Shown: one piece after another, positions 28,988 through 39,439 of the stretch
Layout: the number at the start of each line of letters is the position of its first letter
How positions within the stretch are numbered: the stretch's first letter is position 1
Source of the DNA: an uncultured Candidatus Rokubacteria bacterium
GTDB taxonomy: Bacteria; Methylomirabilota; Methylomirabilia; Rokubacteriales; CSP1-6
Assembly: GCA_963754315.1 (NCBI GenBank)
Contig: CAVWFS010000009.1
Location: forward strand, 32,001 to 96,000
Direction of reading: 5' to 3'
DNA: 64,000 nt
Program-made: the position numbers and the translations under genes
Notes under the pieces: generated by a model
Databases searched by the model: none
Seen by the model: the letters and a program-made list of their open reading frames with translations, nothing else
Told to the model about the DNA's origin: nothing

Positions 28988-30701
28988 ATGCCCTACGACC
29001 TGGTGATCAAGAACGGCGTGGTGATCGACGGATCGGGCTTGCCCCGGTATCGCGCCGACGTCGGAGTGCGGCATGGTCGCATCGTGACCATCGGTCGCAT
29101 CCGTGAGGCCGCCCGCGAGGTCATCGACGCCGACGGCCAGGTGGTGGCGCCCGGCTTCGTGGATGGGCATACCCACATGGACGCGCAGATCTTCTGGGAT
29201 CCACTCGGCACGTCCTCCTGCTGGCACGGCATCACCAGCGTCGTGATGGGGAATTGCGGCTTCACGCTCGCCCCCTGCGCGAAGGCCAACCGGCACATGG
29301 TCGTTCGCAATCTGCAGCGCGCCGAGGACATCCCGCCCCAGGCCATGGAGGCCGGGATCGAGTGGTCCTGGACCACCTTTCCGGAGTTCCTGGACGCGCT
29401 GGACGCGTTACCGAAGGGCATCAACTACTCGGGTTACATCGGCCACTCTGCCCTGCGGACCTACGTGATGGGGGAACGCGCCTTCGACCAGGCCGCCAAC
29501 GAGGACGACCTGAGGGCAATGGAGCGTGAGCTTCGCGACGCGCTGCGCGCCGGGGCCATGGGGTTCACCACCTCGCGCTCGCCTGCTCACGAAACGGCTC
29601 GGTGGGCAACCGGTGGCGAGCCGTCTGGCCACCTGGGACGAGGTACGTCGGCTGGTCGGCGTGATGGGCGATCTCAACGCAGGCATCTTCGAGCTGGCCG
29701 GGGAAGGGGTAGATCGCGCCGCCGGCGACCCGGGACTGCGCGAGTATCACGTCCGGCTCCGTGATCTGGCGATCGAAACGGGTCGCCCCATCACATTCGG
29801 CGTGTTCAGCCGGCGCGGGGTGCCGGACGTCTGGCGCAAGTACCTCGACCTGCTCGACGAGACGGCGGCCATGGGCGGGCGCATGTTCGCCCAGGTCCAC
29901 AGCCGATGGCTCAGCGCGCTGCTCTCGTTCAAGACCCAGATGCCGTTCGATCACCTGCCGGTCTGGAAGGAGTTGCGCGCGCGACCCCTGGCCGAGCAAC
30001 GGCACCAGCTTCGCGACCCGGCCTTGCGCGGCCGGCTGCTCGAGGCGTCGGGGGTGCGCTCGAACCGCAAAACGGTCGGGACCGAGGCCCGCGACGCCGA
30101 CTACGACGTGTTGCGCGTCTTCGACACCGTGCAAGGGCCGCATCGGACGGTGGCGGAGGTCGCCCGCGAGCGTGGGCAGCACCCGGCGGAGACCATGATC
30201 GAGCTGGCTCTCGAGAAGGACCTCGATCTGTTCTTCCTTCAGCCCGTCGCCAACGAAGACCAGGACTATGCTCTGGAGCTCATGCGCCACCCACGCACCG
30301 TCACAACCTTCTCCGACTCGGGCGCGCACGTGTCGCAGCTCATGGACTCCTCGCTGCAGACCCACCTCCTGAGTCACTGGGTGCGGGACAAGCAGGCGTT
30401 CACGCTCGAGCAGGCGGTGCGCATGCTGTCCCTGGTGCCGGCCACCTACTGGGGCTTCGCCGACCGTGGGCTCATCCGGGAAGGCATGGCCGCGGACCTG
30501 GTCGTCTTCGATCCAGATACCATCTCAGCGGAGATGCCAGAGGTCGTGGACGATTTGCCGGCCGGGGCTCGGCGTCTCATCCAGCGCACCCGCGGCGTCG
30601 CCGCCACGGTGGTCAACGGCGAGATCCTCCTCCGGGACGGCAAGCACACAGGCGCGTTGCCCGGACAACTGCTGCGCGGACCCCTCGCCCGGGCGCGCTA
30701 G
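28988..30701 (+). CDS. N-acyl-D-amino-acid deacylase-family amidohydrolase; frameshift near 29595
   Basis: YDLVIKNGVVIDGSG, APGFVDGHTHMD, GNCG, SDSGAH, DRGLIREGMAADLVVFDP. Confidence 0.9.
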
Positions 30702-30704
30702 CCC

Positions 30705-30759
30705 GACCACCGTGATGGGGGTGGGGCCCGTTGGGGCTCCCACCCCGCGGCCGGTGGTC
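30705..30759. terminator. GC-rich imperfect hairpin after the amidohydrolase
   Basis: GACCACCG...GGGGTGGGGCCC / GGGGCTCCCACCCC...CGGTGGTC inverted arms. Confidence 0.45.
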
Positions 30760-30782
30760 AACTTAGTCATAAGGGTGATGCG

Positions 30783-30996
30783 ATGGCCACGCTGATCAAC
30801 GTTCATGAGGCGAAGACGCACCTCTCCCGGATCCTCGACCGGGTTCACCGCGGAGAGGATATCGTGCTCGCGAAGGCAGGAAAGCCGTACGTCAAGCTGG
30901 TGCCGGTGCGCCCCGCTCAGAAAGCGGAAACCCGGATTTCTCAAGGGTAGGGTTACGGCAGCGTTCTTCGACCGGTTGCCCGAGGAGGAGATCGCT
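30783..30996 (+). pseudogene. Phd/YefM-family antitoxin, frameshifted and without its own toxin
   Basis: MATLINVHEAKTHLSRILDRVHRGEDIVLAKAGKPYVKLVP, then shifted RKPGFLKGRVTAAFFDRLPEEEIA running into the convergent vapC end. Confidence 0.75.
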
Positions 30997-31419
30997 TCAG
31001 GCCGGAACGGAGAAGCCCTCGTGCCGGGCCGCCAGGGCCAGGCGGCGGTCGAGCGTGCAGAACATCCGGCCCTGCGGATGCCCCTCGGCCCAGCGCAGGG
31101 CGGCGCCCAGCTGAAGGGCGTCGAAAGCCCGGAGAGGATGAAGGCGCAGCAGTCTCGAGGCCATCGACTTGACCGTCTCCACGTCGATGACGACGTGGCA
31201 TGTGCGAATGATCGCATCCAGGCGCGCCTCGGCGGACTGCGCGAGGTCATCGTCGAGCGCGTTCTCGCGGACGAGACGGCGAAGCGCGGAGACAATCTCC
31301 ACCGGGGTGAGTGTCCATACGACCAAGCGGTCGTCCAGCTCGACCCAGGCCGCCACGCGAGCCGAGGCTTCCTGCTCGATCAGCAGGGGAACCATGGCCG
31401 AGCTGTCCCAGAACCTCAG
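30997..31419 (-). CDS. vapC: PIN-domain toxin
   Basis: RFWDSSAMVPLL, VEIVSAL, LRAFDALQLGAAL, TLDRRL; apparent CTG start overlapping the antitoxin TGA. Confidence 0.88.
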   Translation of the reverse strand: MRFWDSSAMVPLLIEQEASARVAAWVELDDRLVVWTLTPVEIVSALRRLVRENALDDDLAQSAEARLDAIIRTCHVVIDVETVKSMASRLLRLHPLRAFDALQLGAALRWAEGHPQGRMFCTLDRRLALAARHEGFSVPA

Positions 31420-31733
31420 GGGGCCTCCGTCCGCTCTCGCAGGAGCGCCGCCACCACGTCGGCATCGACCGCGGGTCGGCTCGCCAACCACGTCGGCGAC
31501 AGCTTGCCGGTACCCCGACGGACTACCCCGTGCTGCTCGAGGCGGTTCAGCCATTCGGCCTCGCTCTCAGGAATGAAGGCGGTGGTGCTGACCCGGTCGA
31601 TGCGCGCGATGACCCGGTCACGATCACAGACCAGGATCGATTCGCCTCGCTGCACACGCCGCAGGTAATAGCTCAGCCTGTTCTTCAACTCGGCGATCTT
31701 GACACGCCGGGACCCACCGCGAGAGGCCTTCAT
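31416..31733 (-). CDS. Phd/YefM-family antitoxin
   Basis: VKIAELKNRLSYYLRRVQRGESILVCDRDRVIARI. Confidence 0.88.
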   Translation of the reverse strand: MKASRGGSRRVKIAELKNRLSYYLRRVQRGESILVCDRDRVIARIDRVSTTAFIPESEAEWLNRLEQHGVVRRGTGKLSPTWLASRPAVDADVVAALLRERTEAP

Positions 31734-31740
31734 GCGGTCA

Positions 31741-31769
31741 GATATAGCTATCACATGGCCATGTGTCAA
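31741..31769 (-). promoter_or_regulatory. TA promoter with palindromic operator; probably a leaderless transcript
   Basis: TTGACA-17 nt-TATATC, 7 nt before the ATG; perfect palindrome CACATGGCCATGTG at 31752-31765 in the spacer. Confidence 0.7.
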
Positions 31770-31905
31770 GGGCTCGCGCCGTGGACGTTTTCGCCCCGGC
31801 TCGCCTTGACGTCCGCTTCGATCCATTGCTAGGCTGCGCCATGACGACCCTGGAAGCGTCCTGCACCCGGCGCGCGCGCTGGGCGCGGGCCCGCTCGGGC
31901 GGAAG

Positions 31906-33561
31906 GTGGCGCTCGGCCTGTTGCTGGCCGTGCTGCTCTTCCTGACCGCCTATCCCATGGGCATGCTCGTGTACGGGAGTTTGCACACCACCCCGCCGGG
32001 AGCGGCGGGAAGCTTCAATCTCGACGGCTACCGCGCGATGCTCTCGCGCACCAACGCCCTCGTGCTGCTGAACACGATCGGGCTCTCGCTCGTGAAGACC
32101 GGCCTCGCCCTCGTGCTCGCGCTGTTCCTGGCCTGGATCGTGGCCCGGACCGACACGCCGTACCGCGACACCTTGGAGATCCTGATCACCTTGCCCTTCT
32201 ACATCCCGCCCATTCTGACGGCCATGGCGTGGGGCATGCTGGCCACACCCAAGGGCGGCCTCATCAACCTCGGGTGGACGGCCCTCACGGGCCTGCGCGA
32301 ACCCCTCGTCAACATCTATTCGTACGGTGGGGTCGTCTGGCACATGATGCAGTACTCGACGCCATTCCTGTTCCTCTTGCTGGTGAGCGGTCTGCGCGCC
32401 ATGGACCCCACCTTGGAAGAGTCGAGCCGCACCTCGGGCGCCTCCCAGTGGACGACCTTTCGTCGGGTCACGCTCGGGCTCATGTTGCCCGTCACCACCA
32501 GCGCCTTTCTGCTGTCATTCATCCGCGGGGTGGAGAGCTTCGAATCGGCGTTGATCTTCGGGACGCCGGCCGGCATCGAGGTGATCACGACGGAGATCTA
32601 CCACCTGATCCACCACGTCAACCGGCCCGACTACCAGCAAGCAACGGCGCTCGCGCTGGGCATCATGGTGCTCATGTTCGCGCTGGTTGGCTGGCAGTGG
32701 CGGCTGCTCGGCGGTCGAAGCTTCGTCACCGTCACCGGCAAAGGGTATACGCCGCGCGTGACCAGGCTCGGCCGCTGGCGGTGGGTCACCTTCGGCTTCT
32801 GCGTGCTGTTCTTCGCGGTCACGGTGGTCCTGCCGGTGGGGCAGCTGATCATCGGCTCGTTCTTCAAGTTCTTCGGCTTTTATCGCATGAGCATGCTGAC
32901 CGTGGATCACTACCAGGCCGTGTGGCAGAGCCGCCTCATCTGGCGCGCCCTCGGCAACACGCTGCTTCTCGGCGTGCTGGGGGCGACCGCGACCATGGTG
33001 CTCGGTGGACTCGTGGCGTACGTCATCGTGCGGACGCGCTACGCGATCCGGGGTGCCTTCGAGGTGCTGGCCTGGCTGCCCTGGATGATGCCAGGCATGG
33101 TGCTGGGGGTCGGTCTCTTGTGGGCCTACGCGCTCATGCCGGGGCCCATCCAGCTCTACGGGACCTTGTGGGCGCTGCTCGTGGCCTACGTGTCCCTGGG
33201 AACGCCGCTGGCGGTGCGGACCATGGCCGGCGCCTTCGCCCAGCTCGCCAACGACCTGGAGGAATGCTCGCGGGTGCACGGGGCGGCCTGGTGGACGACC
33301 TTCCGGCGCATCCTGCTGGCCCTGGCGTGGCCGGCGTTCGCGGTGGGCTGGATCCTCATCTTCTTCATCATTCTGCGTGAGCTGTCGGCCTCGATCCTGC
33401 TCTACAGCGTCGGCCACGAGGTACTCTCGGTCGTCGTGATGCGGCTCTGGAGCGAGGGGAAGGCCGGGCAGGTGAGTGTCATCGCTCTGGTCATGCTGGC
33501 CCTCGTGTTCCTGTTCCGTTTTGGCGAGCGTCGGCTCGTACGAACCCATCTGAATCGATGA
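31906..33561 (+). CDS. ABC transporter permease, Fe3+/thiamine (FbpB/ThiP-like) double domain; true start possibly ATG 31841 with a frameshift
   Basis: Many TM helices; two EAA-type motifs LEESSRTSGA and LEECSRVHGA. Confidence 0.9.
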   Translation: MALGLLLAVLLFLTAYPMGMLVYGSLHTTPPGAAGSFNLDGYRAMLSRTNALVLLNTIGLSLVKTGLALVLALFLAWIVARTDTPYRDTLEILITLPFYIPPILTAMAWGMLATPKGGLINLGWTALTGLREPLVNIYSYGGVVWHMMQYSTPFLFLLLVSGLRAMDPTLEESSRTSGASQWTTFRRVTLGLMLPVTTSAFLLSFIRGVESFESALIFGTPAGIEVITTEIYHLIHHVNRPDYQQATALALGIMVLMFALVGWQWRLLGGRSFVTVTGKGYTPRVTRLGRWRWVTFGFCVLFFAVTVVLPVGQLIIGSFFKFFGFYRMSMLTVDHYQAVWQSRLIWRALGNTLLLGVLGATATMVLGGLVAYVIVRTRYAIRGAFEVLAWLPWMMPGMVLGVGLLWAYALMPGPIQLYGTLWALLVAYVSLGTPLAVRTMAGAFAQLANDLEECSRVHGAAWWTTFRRILLALAWPAFAVGWILIFFIILRELSASILLYSVGHEVLSVVVMRLWSEGKAGQVSVIALVMLALVFLFRFGERRLVRTHLNR

Positions 33562-33571
33562 AAGGACCCCC

Positions 33572-34603
33572 ATGGTGGTGACACGTCGATCGATGCTGAA
33601 GCTGGCGGCGCTGGGTTCCCTCGTGGCGCCGGCGCGTCCCGCGTTGGCCCAGACACAAGGTGATGCTGAGTGGAAGAAGGTCATCGAGGGCGCCCGGAAG
33701 GAAGGCAAGGTGGTGATGTACAGCGGCGCCGTCGGGACCCCGGTGGTGCCGAAGCTGGCGGCGGCCTTCGAGGCCAAGTATGGCGTCCGTCTCGAGGTGC
33801 TGGAGGCGCGGGCGAGCGAGCTGCGTGAGCGCATCCGCACCGAGCAGACCGCCGGGAAGCTCCTGGGTGACGTGTCCTACAACGGATCCACCACCACCGC
33901 GCTGCAGCTTGCCGAGGGCGCGTTTCAGCCCTATGGATCGCTTCCCAACGCCGGACGGCCGGTGGCGCCGTTCAAGGCCGACGGCACGCGGGTCCCGATC
34001 TACGTCATTCAGTACGGCATCCTCGTCAACACCGAGATGGTCAAGCCGGCCGAGGAGCCCAAGAGCTGGAAGGACCTCCTCGACCCACGCTGGAAGGGCA
34101 AGATCCTGTCCGACGACATGCGCGCGCTGGGGGGCGGCGCCGTCTTGTTCATGGTCACCGTCCAGAAGTTCGGCAAGGAGTTCCAGGACAAGCTGGCCGA
34201 GCAACAGCTTCACATGAATCGGGAGCTACGCGGGAACTACCCGCGCGTGGCCCGGGGCGAGTATCCCTTGTACATCCCGTTCACCTTGCCTGACATCCTG
34301 GATCTCAAGGGGCTGCCCGTGAAGGCCATCATCCCGAGCGAGGGCTGCACCTACGTGCGCTTCGACGGAACCATCTTGAAGAACTGCCCGCACCCCAATG
34401 CCGCCCGGCTGCTCCTCGATTTCTTTCTGAGCGATGAGGCCCAGCTGCTGTACGGCAATCTGGGGTTCGTCACCGTCGTCGGTGGGCTGGAGAGCCGGAT
34501 GGCCGCCGAAGCGCGGCCGCTCGCCCAGGCCAAGCTGCTCGGCACCACCGATCCGAAGCTCCAGGAGGAGATGCTCAAACTCGCCAAGCAGATCTACAAG
34601 TAA
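33572..34603 (+). CDS. ABC extracellular solute-binding protein with Tat signal
   Basis: TRRSMLK signal; EGARKEGKVVMY, PKSWKDLLDPRWKGK, PHPNAARLLLDF. Confidence 0.9.
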   Translation: MVVTRRSMLKLAALGSLVAPARPALAQTQGDAEWKKVIEGARKEGKVVMYSGAVGTPVVPKLAAAFEAKYGVRLEVLEARASELRERIRTEQTAGKLLGDVSYNGSTTTALQLAEGAFQPYGSLPNAGRPVAPFKADGTRVPIYVIQYGILVNTEMVKPAEEPKSWKDLLDPRWKGKILSDDMRALGGGAVLFMVTVQKFGKEFQDKLAEQQLHMNRELRGNYPRVARGEYPLYIPFTLPDILDLKGLPVKAIIPSEGCTYVRFDGTILKNCPHPNAARLLLDFFLSDEAQLLYGNLGFVTVVGGLESRMAAEARPLAQAKLLGTTDPKLQEEMLKLAKQIYK

Positions 34604-34622
34604 CCGGCTAAGGGGAATTGAG

Positions 34623-35384
34623 ATGGCGATCCGGCTGGAGCGGACCGAGGCCGTGGCCACCATCGTGATCGACCGTCCGGAGGCGCGCAACGCGGTGGAT
34701 GGCTCCGCCGCCCGCGCCCTGGCCGACGCGTTTCGCGAGTTCGAGGCCGATGACGCGCTGCGGGTGGCCGTGCTGTGGGGCGCAGGTGGCGTGTTTTGCG
34801 CAGGAGCCGACCTCAAGGCCCGAGGCACCGAGCTTGGACTGCGCCTCAGCCCCGAGGGGGACGGGCCGATGGGCCCGAGCCGCATGGTGTTCAGCAAGCC
34901 GACCATTGCTGCCGTGGAGGGGTACGCGGTGGCGGGCGGTCTCGAGCTCGCCCTCATGTGCGACCTGAGGGTCGCTTCCGAGAGCGCCGTCTTCGGCGTG
35001 TTCTGCCGTCGCTGGGGGGTGCCGCTGATCGACGGCGGTACCGTGCGGCTTCCGCGGTTGATCGGCCTCTCGCGCGCCCTCGACATGATCTTGACCGGAC
35101 GCCCCGTGGATGCCCACGAGGCGCTCACCTTCGGGCTCGCCAACCGGGTGGTGGCGGTCGGCCACGCCCGCGACGAGGCGGAGGCGCTGGCGCGAACCAT
35201 CGCCGGGTTTCCGCCCCGCTGCGTCCGGAGCGATCGCCGCTCAGCGTGGGAGGGCCAGGGGCTTTCACTCCCCGCCGCCCTCGCCAACGAGTTTTCCCTC
35301 GGCAAGGCCACGGTCGATTCGGGCGAGAGTCAGGAGGGAGCTCAGCGTTTCGCCGCGGGCGCCGGACGCCACGGACGGTTCTGA
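34623..35384 (+). CDS. Enoyl-CoA hydratase/crotonase family
   Basis: RPEARNAVD, FCAGADLK, AVAGGLELALMCDLRVA. Confidence 0.92.
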   Translation: MAIRLERTEAVATIVIDRPEARNAVDGSAARALADAFREFEADDALRVAVLWGAGGVFCAGADLKARGTELGLRLSPEGDGPMGPSRMVFSKPTIAAVEGYAVAGGLELALMCDLRVASESAVFGVFCRRWGVPLIDGGTVRLPRLIGLSRALDMILTGRPVDAHEALTFGLANRVVAVGHARDEAEALARTIAGFPPRCVRSDRRSAWEGQGLSLPAALANEFSLGKATVDSGESQEGAQRFAAGAGRHGRF

Positions 35385-35425
35385 CCAGGCGTGACGCTGG
35401 GTCCGTCTCCGGTTGACGGCCGCCG

Positions 35426-36220
35426 TCAGTCGGATTTCGGTGCCCGTCTGCGGTTGACGAACGCGGTCATCAGGCGGCGCGGCTCGTCGGTGCGATAGGC
35501 GTCGACGTAGGCCTGGATGCCGGCGCGGGCCGCATCCACCGTGGACATCCGGTCCCAGTCGACGATCAGGCGCTTCTGGATCCGGATGGCGCGCGGGCCA
35601 CAGGCCAGGATCGAAGCAAGCCACTGCTCCAGCGCTTCGTCCAGGCGCTCGGAGGGCACCAGCTTCTGCAGGAAGCCGATGCGATGAGCCTCGCCGGCGT
35701 CGATGTGGTCGCCGGTGAGCACCAGCTCGCACGCTTTTCCCCATCCGATGAGCTTGGGCAAGACGGAGGCCTCCATCCCCGACGGAATCCCGAAGCGCGT
35801 CTCGGGCATGCCGAATCGCGCATGATCCGCGGCCACCCGCAGGTCGGCGCAGGCCGCGATCTCCATGCCGGAACCGAAGCAGTAGCCGTTGATGCGCGCG
35901 ATGACCGGCACCGGGAACGTGCGCACCCCGTCGCAGGCGCGATGGGTCTTGGTGGCCGAGGCCTCCGCGGTTGGAAGATCGAACTCAGCCATCTCCGCCA
36001 GATCGGTGCCACTCACGAAGGCCCGGTCACCGGCACCCGTGAGCACGAGCGCCCGGAGCGAGGGGTCGTGGCGCAGCGCCGCCAGGGTCGTGATGAATTG
36101 CTCCTTGCCGGCCACGCCGAGGGCGTTGCGTCGCTTCGGATCGTTGAAGATTACCCACGCGATGCGGCCCGCCTCGCCGCGGTCGTCGAACCGCGTCAGG
36201 ATCATCGAATCGTCGTCCAT
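35426..36220 (-). CDS. Enoyl-CoA hydratase/crotonase family
   Basis: AFVSGTDL, INGYCFGSGMEIAACADLRVA, FGMPETRFG. Confidence 0.9.
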   Translation of the reverse strand: MDDDSMILTRFDDRGEAGRIAWVIFNDPKRRNALGVAGKEQFITTLAALRHDPSLRALVLTGAGDRAFVSGTDLAEMAEFDLPTAEASATKTHRACDGVRTFPVPVIARINGYCFGSGMEIAACADLRVAADHARFGMPETRFGIPSGMEASVLPKLIGWGKACELVLTGDHIDAGEAHRIGFLQKLVPSERLDEALEQWLASILACGPRAIRIQKRLIVDWDRMSTVDAARAGIQAYVDAYRTDEPRRLMTAFVNRRRAPKSD

Positions 36221-36255
36221 GGCCGATGATACTATCCCGCAAAAGGAGAAGGCCC

Positions 36256-37485
36256 ATGACAGCCTCCGCCCTTCCGCCCTTGATGTCCAGCGACGGTCAC
36301 CTCGAGGTCCTTCCCGAGCGCTGGAGCCCGCGGATGCCGGCGAAGTACCGGGATCACGCGCCGCGCACGATCAAGCTCCCGGACGGCGGTGACGCCATTC
36401 TCGTGGAAGGGCAGCCACCCTATCCCGCGCCCTTCCTCGACCTGAGAGCCGGGCGAACCAACGAGACGTGGCAGCCCTTCGGGGTGACCGTGGCCGACAC
36501 TGCCGGTGTGGGGCCGCCCGACCAGCGGCTTCGCGAGCAGGACATGGATGGTCTGCACGCCGAGGTCCTCTTCCCCAACATGCAGGTAGGCCCACGTCTC
36601 TGGCGCGCCCTGACCGACGACGACGTCTATCGCGCGGTGGTCCGCGCCTACAACGACTGGCTGGCCGAGGAGTACTGTGCAGTCTCGCCGGATCGGCTCA
36701 TCGGGCTCGGCGTCATCCCGTGGACCAATCTCGACGACGCGGTGGCCGAGCTGAAGCATTGCGCGAAGGTGGGACTGAAAGGCGTCAATCTCGGCGTGTT
36801 CCCCAGCGGCAAGGCCTATCCGACTGCCGAGGACGATCGGTTCTGGGCCGCCGCCGTCGACATGAAGATGCCGCTGACCGTGCACGTCGGGTTCGACCGC
36901 CTCGGGCCGCGAGCTTCCCAACCCACTTTCGAGTACCCGGGCGCCGATCCCGAGGTGCTGAAGAAGCTCGGGCCGCGGAAGATCGTCGAGTGGGTGGCCC
37001 TGCCGTTCCTCGGCACCGCTCCTGCCATGAGCTTTGCCCAGATCATCCTCTCCGGCGCCTTTGATCGGTTCCCGGATCTGAAGATCTTCTTCGCCGAGAC
37101 GCGGCTGGGCTGGGTGCCGTTCTGGATGGAGGAGGCGGACTACTGGTACGAGCGGCACCGCCACTGGTCGGAGCGCCTGCTCCACATCAAGCCGCTCAAG
37201 CAACGGCCCAGCGATTACGTGCGGCAGCACATCTACTTCAGCGTGCAGCACGTGGAGCGAGTGGCCGTCGAGCTGCGCCACCACATGGGAGTCGAGCACA
37301 TCATGTTCGCCACCGACTTCCCCCACATCGAGTGTGACTGGCCGAACACGCGGCCGTTTGCCGAGCGCCTCTTCGCCGAGGTGCCGGCCGACGAGGCCTA
37401 CAAGATCGGGGCGGGCAACATGCTCGGCTACTTCGGCCTCGAGAACACGCCGATGGGCAAGACGGTGATGGCCGCAAGGCCATGA
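36256..37485 (+). CDS. Amidohydrolase_2 family protein
   Basis: SSDGHLE, AYNDWLAEEYC, RFPDLKIFFAE, MFATDFPH. Confidence 0.9.
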   Translation: MTASALPPLMSSDGHLEVLPERWSPRMPAKYRDHAPRTIKLPDGGDAILVEGQPPYPAPFLDLRAGRTNETWQPFGVTVADTAGVGPPDQRLREQDMDGLHAEVLFPNMQVGPRLWRALTDDDVYRAVVRAYNDWLAEEYCAVSPDRLIGLGVIPWTNLDDAVAELKHCAKVGLKGVNLGVFPSGKAYPTAEDDRFWAAAVDMKMPLTVHVGFDRLGPRASQPTFEYPGADPEVLKKLGPRKIVEWVALPFLGTAPAMSFAQIILSGAFDRFPDLKIFFAETRLGWVPFWMEEADYWYERHRHWSERLLHIKPLKQRPSDYVRQHIYFSVQHVERVAVELRHHMGVEHIMFATDFPHIECDWPNTRPFAERLFAEVPADEAYKIGAGNMLGYFGLENTPMGKTVMAARP

Positions 37486-38537
37486 CCGTTCCCCGCTTCG
37501 GACTCAACCGTTTCGATTCGCGCTCGGTGGACGCGTTCGCCGCCGACGTGCGGCGGGCGGAGGCACTGGGCTGGGACGCGGCGTGGCAGCCCGACTCCCA
37601 GCTCCGCCGCCGCGACACCTACGTGCTGCTGGCGGCAGCCGCGCGCGCGACTGAGCGCATCACGTTGGGGGTGCTGCTCGCGAATCCCGTCAACCGTCAT
37701 CCCACCGTGACTGCGTCCTCGATCGCGACCATCGACGAGCTGGCACCTGGTCGCACCGTGCTCGCCTGGGGGGTGGGCGACACGGCCGTGCGCTTGGCGG
37801 GGCTACGGCCGGCACGGGTCAAGGAGCTGGAGGCGAGCACGCGCCTGATGCGGGCGCTCCTCGACGGTGAGGCGGTCGAGGTCGGCGCGGCCAGGCCGGC
37901 GCGTCTGCCGCACCACCGGCCAGTGCCGATCTGGATCGCTGCCGCCGGCCCACGCACCTTGCGCATGGCGGGCGGGGTGGCCGACGGCGTCTTCATTCGC
38001 GTCGGGACGCATCCGGCGAACCTCGCGGTGGCCGTGGACTTGATTCGCGCCGGTGCGGCCGAGGCCGGCCGTGACCCGTCGGCCGTCCGCGTAGGGGCAA
38101 TCTTCCACACCGTGCTCGTGGACGACCCGGGCCTGGCCCTGCTCATGGGCAAGTCCATGGCGGCGGGCTACTACGAATATTCGCCCACCTTGTTCGAGGC
38201 ACCGCAGCTCGCCTGGTCGAACGTCCATCCGGAGAAGCTCAAGCAGCAGCACCAGGTATGGCCCGACTTCCACCACGCGACCGATCTGGAGATGAGCGGT
38301 CGCGTGGCGGACTTTCTCCCGGCGGCGGCCGCCGACGCCTTCTGTCTGCGCGGCGGGCCGGCCGAGATCGTCGCGCAGCTCGTCAATGTGCTGCGCGCGG
38401 CGCCCGTCGCGTTCGAGCACGTCGTCCTGCATCCCGTCCCCAATCCGCTGGTCCCGGACGATCCCGAGCAGGGCTTCATGGCGCGGGTGGCGCGCGAGGT
38501 GCTGCCACGTGTTCGCGCTGCCCTCGGCGCGGGGTAG
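37482..38537 (+). CDS. LLM-class flavin-dependent oxidoreductase (Mer-like)
   Basis: AEALGWDAAWQPD, TERITLG, RHPTVTAS, PIWIAAAGPRTLRMAGGVADG. Confidence 0.88.
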   Translation: MTVPRFGLNRFDSRSVDAFAADVRRAEALGWDAAWQPDSQLRRRDTYVLLAAAARATERITLGVLLANPVNRHPTVTASSIATIDELAPGRTVLAWGVGDTAVRLAGLRPARVKELEASTRLMRALLDGEAVEVGAARPARLPHHRPVPIWIAAAGPRTLRMAGGVADGVFIRVGTHPANLAVAVDLIRAGAAEAGRDPSAVRVGAIFHTVLVDDPGLALLMGKSMAAGYYEYSPTLFEAPQLAWSNVHPEKLKQQHQVWPDFHHATDLEMSGRVADFLPAAAADAFCLRGGPAEIVAQLVNVLRAAPVAFEHVVLHPVPNPLVPDDPEQGFMARVAREVLPRVRAALGAG

Positions 38538-38662
38538 TCAGGAGCCAGCCGACTCGAAACCGCGAGCGCGTTCGGCCGGCGTCCGCTCGTTGCTCGCTGC
38601 CGAGCGGCAGCGGGATCATGGCTGAGGCGAACGAAAGTCCTGCCCGACGGTCACGCATCGGT

Positions 38663-39061
38663 TCACCTTGGTGCCAATACCTCGAGATCGACGTGGCGGG
38701 CGGCCAGCGAGAGCCGCGCGTCGTAGGTGATCACGCCGCCAAGATCCTGACGGACGGCGAGGGCCGTCGCTAGGTGGATGGCGTCCAGTGTCCTGAGCGC
38801 CGGGGGATCGAGCGTTGCCGCTGCAGCGAGGATCCGCCTATCAAGCTCGATCAAGCCGACGCGGGAGAAAATCTGGTCGGCGCGACGACGCTCGGCGGGC
38901 CCGAAACCCCCGCGGCCAAGCGCCCGTGGCACCTCGGTGAGCGCGAGGGCGCTGGACACGCGGTCAGGCCACGCGGCCAGCAGCTCGAAGAGCGCCTCGG
39001 ATTCGGGTTCGGCGACGACCAGCTTCACCAGGGCCGAGGAGTCGAGATAGATCAGCGCCAC
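38663..39061 (-). CDS. vapC: PIN-domain toxin
   Basis: IYLDSSALVKLV, LRTLDAIHLATAL, ITYDARL. Confidence 0.92.
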   Translation of the reverse strand: MALIYLDSSALVKLVVAEPESEALFELLAAWPDRVSSALALTEVPRALGRGGFGPAERRRADQIFSRVGLIELDRRILAAAATLDPPALRTLDAIHLATALAVRQDLGGVITYDARLSLAARHVDLEVLAPR

Positions 39062-39342
39062 CGTCGCTCGCGGCGCAACTCCTCGAGCGCGCGGCTGGCT
39101 CGCCGTGACGGCCGCCCGAGGGGTGGTCCCAAGGCGAGGAGGTCGCCCCTGGCCGGCACCGCGCGTCCAGCAGCGATCAGCTGATCGAGAACCGTCAGCC
39201 CCGCGTCAGCCCTTGAGAGAATCGCGACGCGCTGCCCGCGTTCGGTGACCTCGATGGTCTCCCCCGCCTTCACGCGGCGCAGATAGACGCTCAGGTTCTG
39301 ACGGAGCTCACGGACGCCGACTCCGCGTCGAGCTCTCTTCAT
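39052..39342 (-). CDS. Phd/YefM-family antitoxin
   Basis: VGVRELRQNLSVYLRRVKAGETIEVTERG; direct repeat GTAGCACAT x2 at 39343-39361 just upstream (likely operator). Confidence 0.88.
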   Translation of the reverse strand: MKRARRGVGVRELRQNLSVYLRRVKAGETIEVTERGQRVAILSRADAGLTVLDQLIAAGRAVPARGDLLALGPPLGRPSRRASRALEELRRERRWR

Positions 39343-39439
39343 GTAGCACATGGTAGCACATCAGGCTGCGGATGCGGATTGCGGCGCGGCCGGCCGCGCC
39401 GTGAATCCCGCATCGCGAGCGGCTCGCCCCTAGTGTGTT

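Noticed and set aside
31906..34603. ABC transporter lacking an ATPase gene as a novelty
   Set aside because: Sharing an ATPase encoded elsewhere is common.
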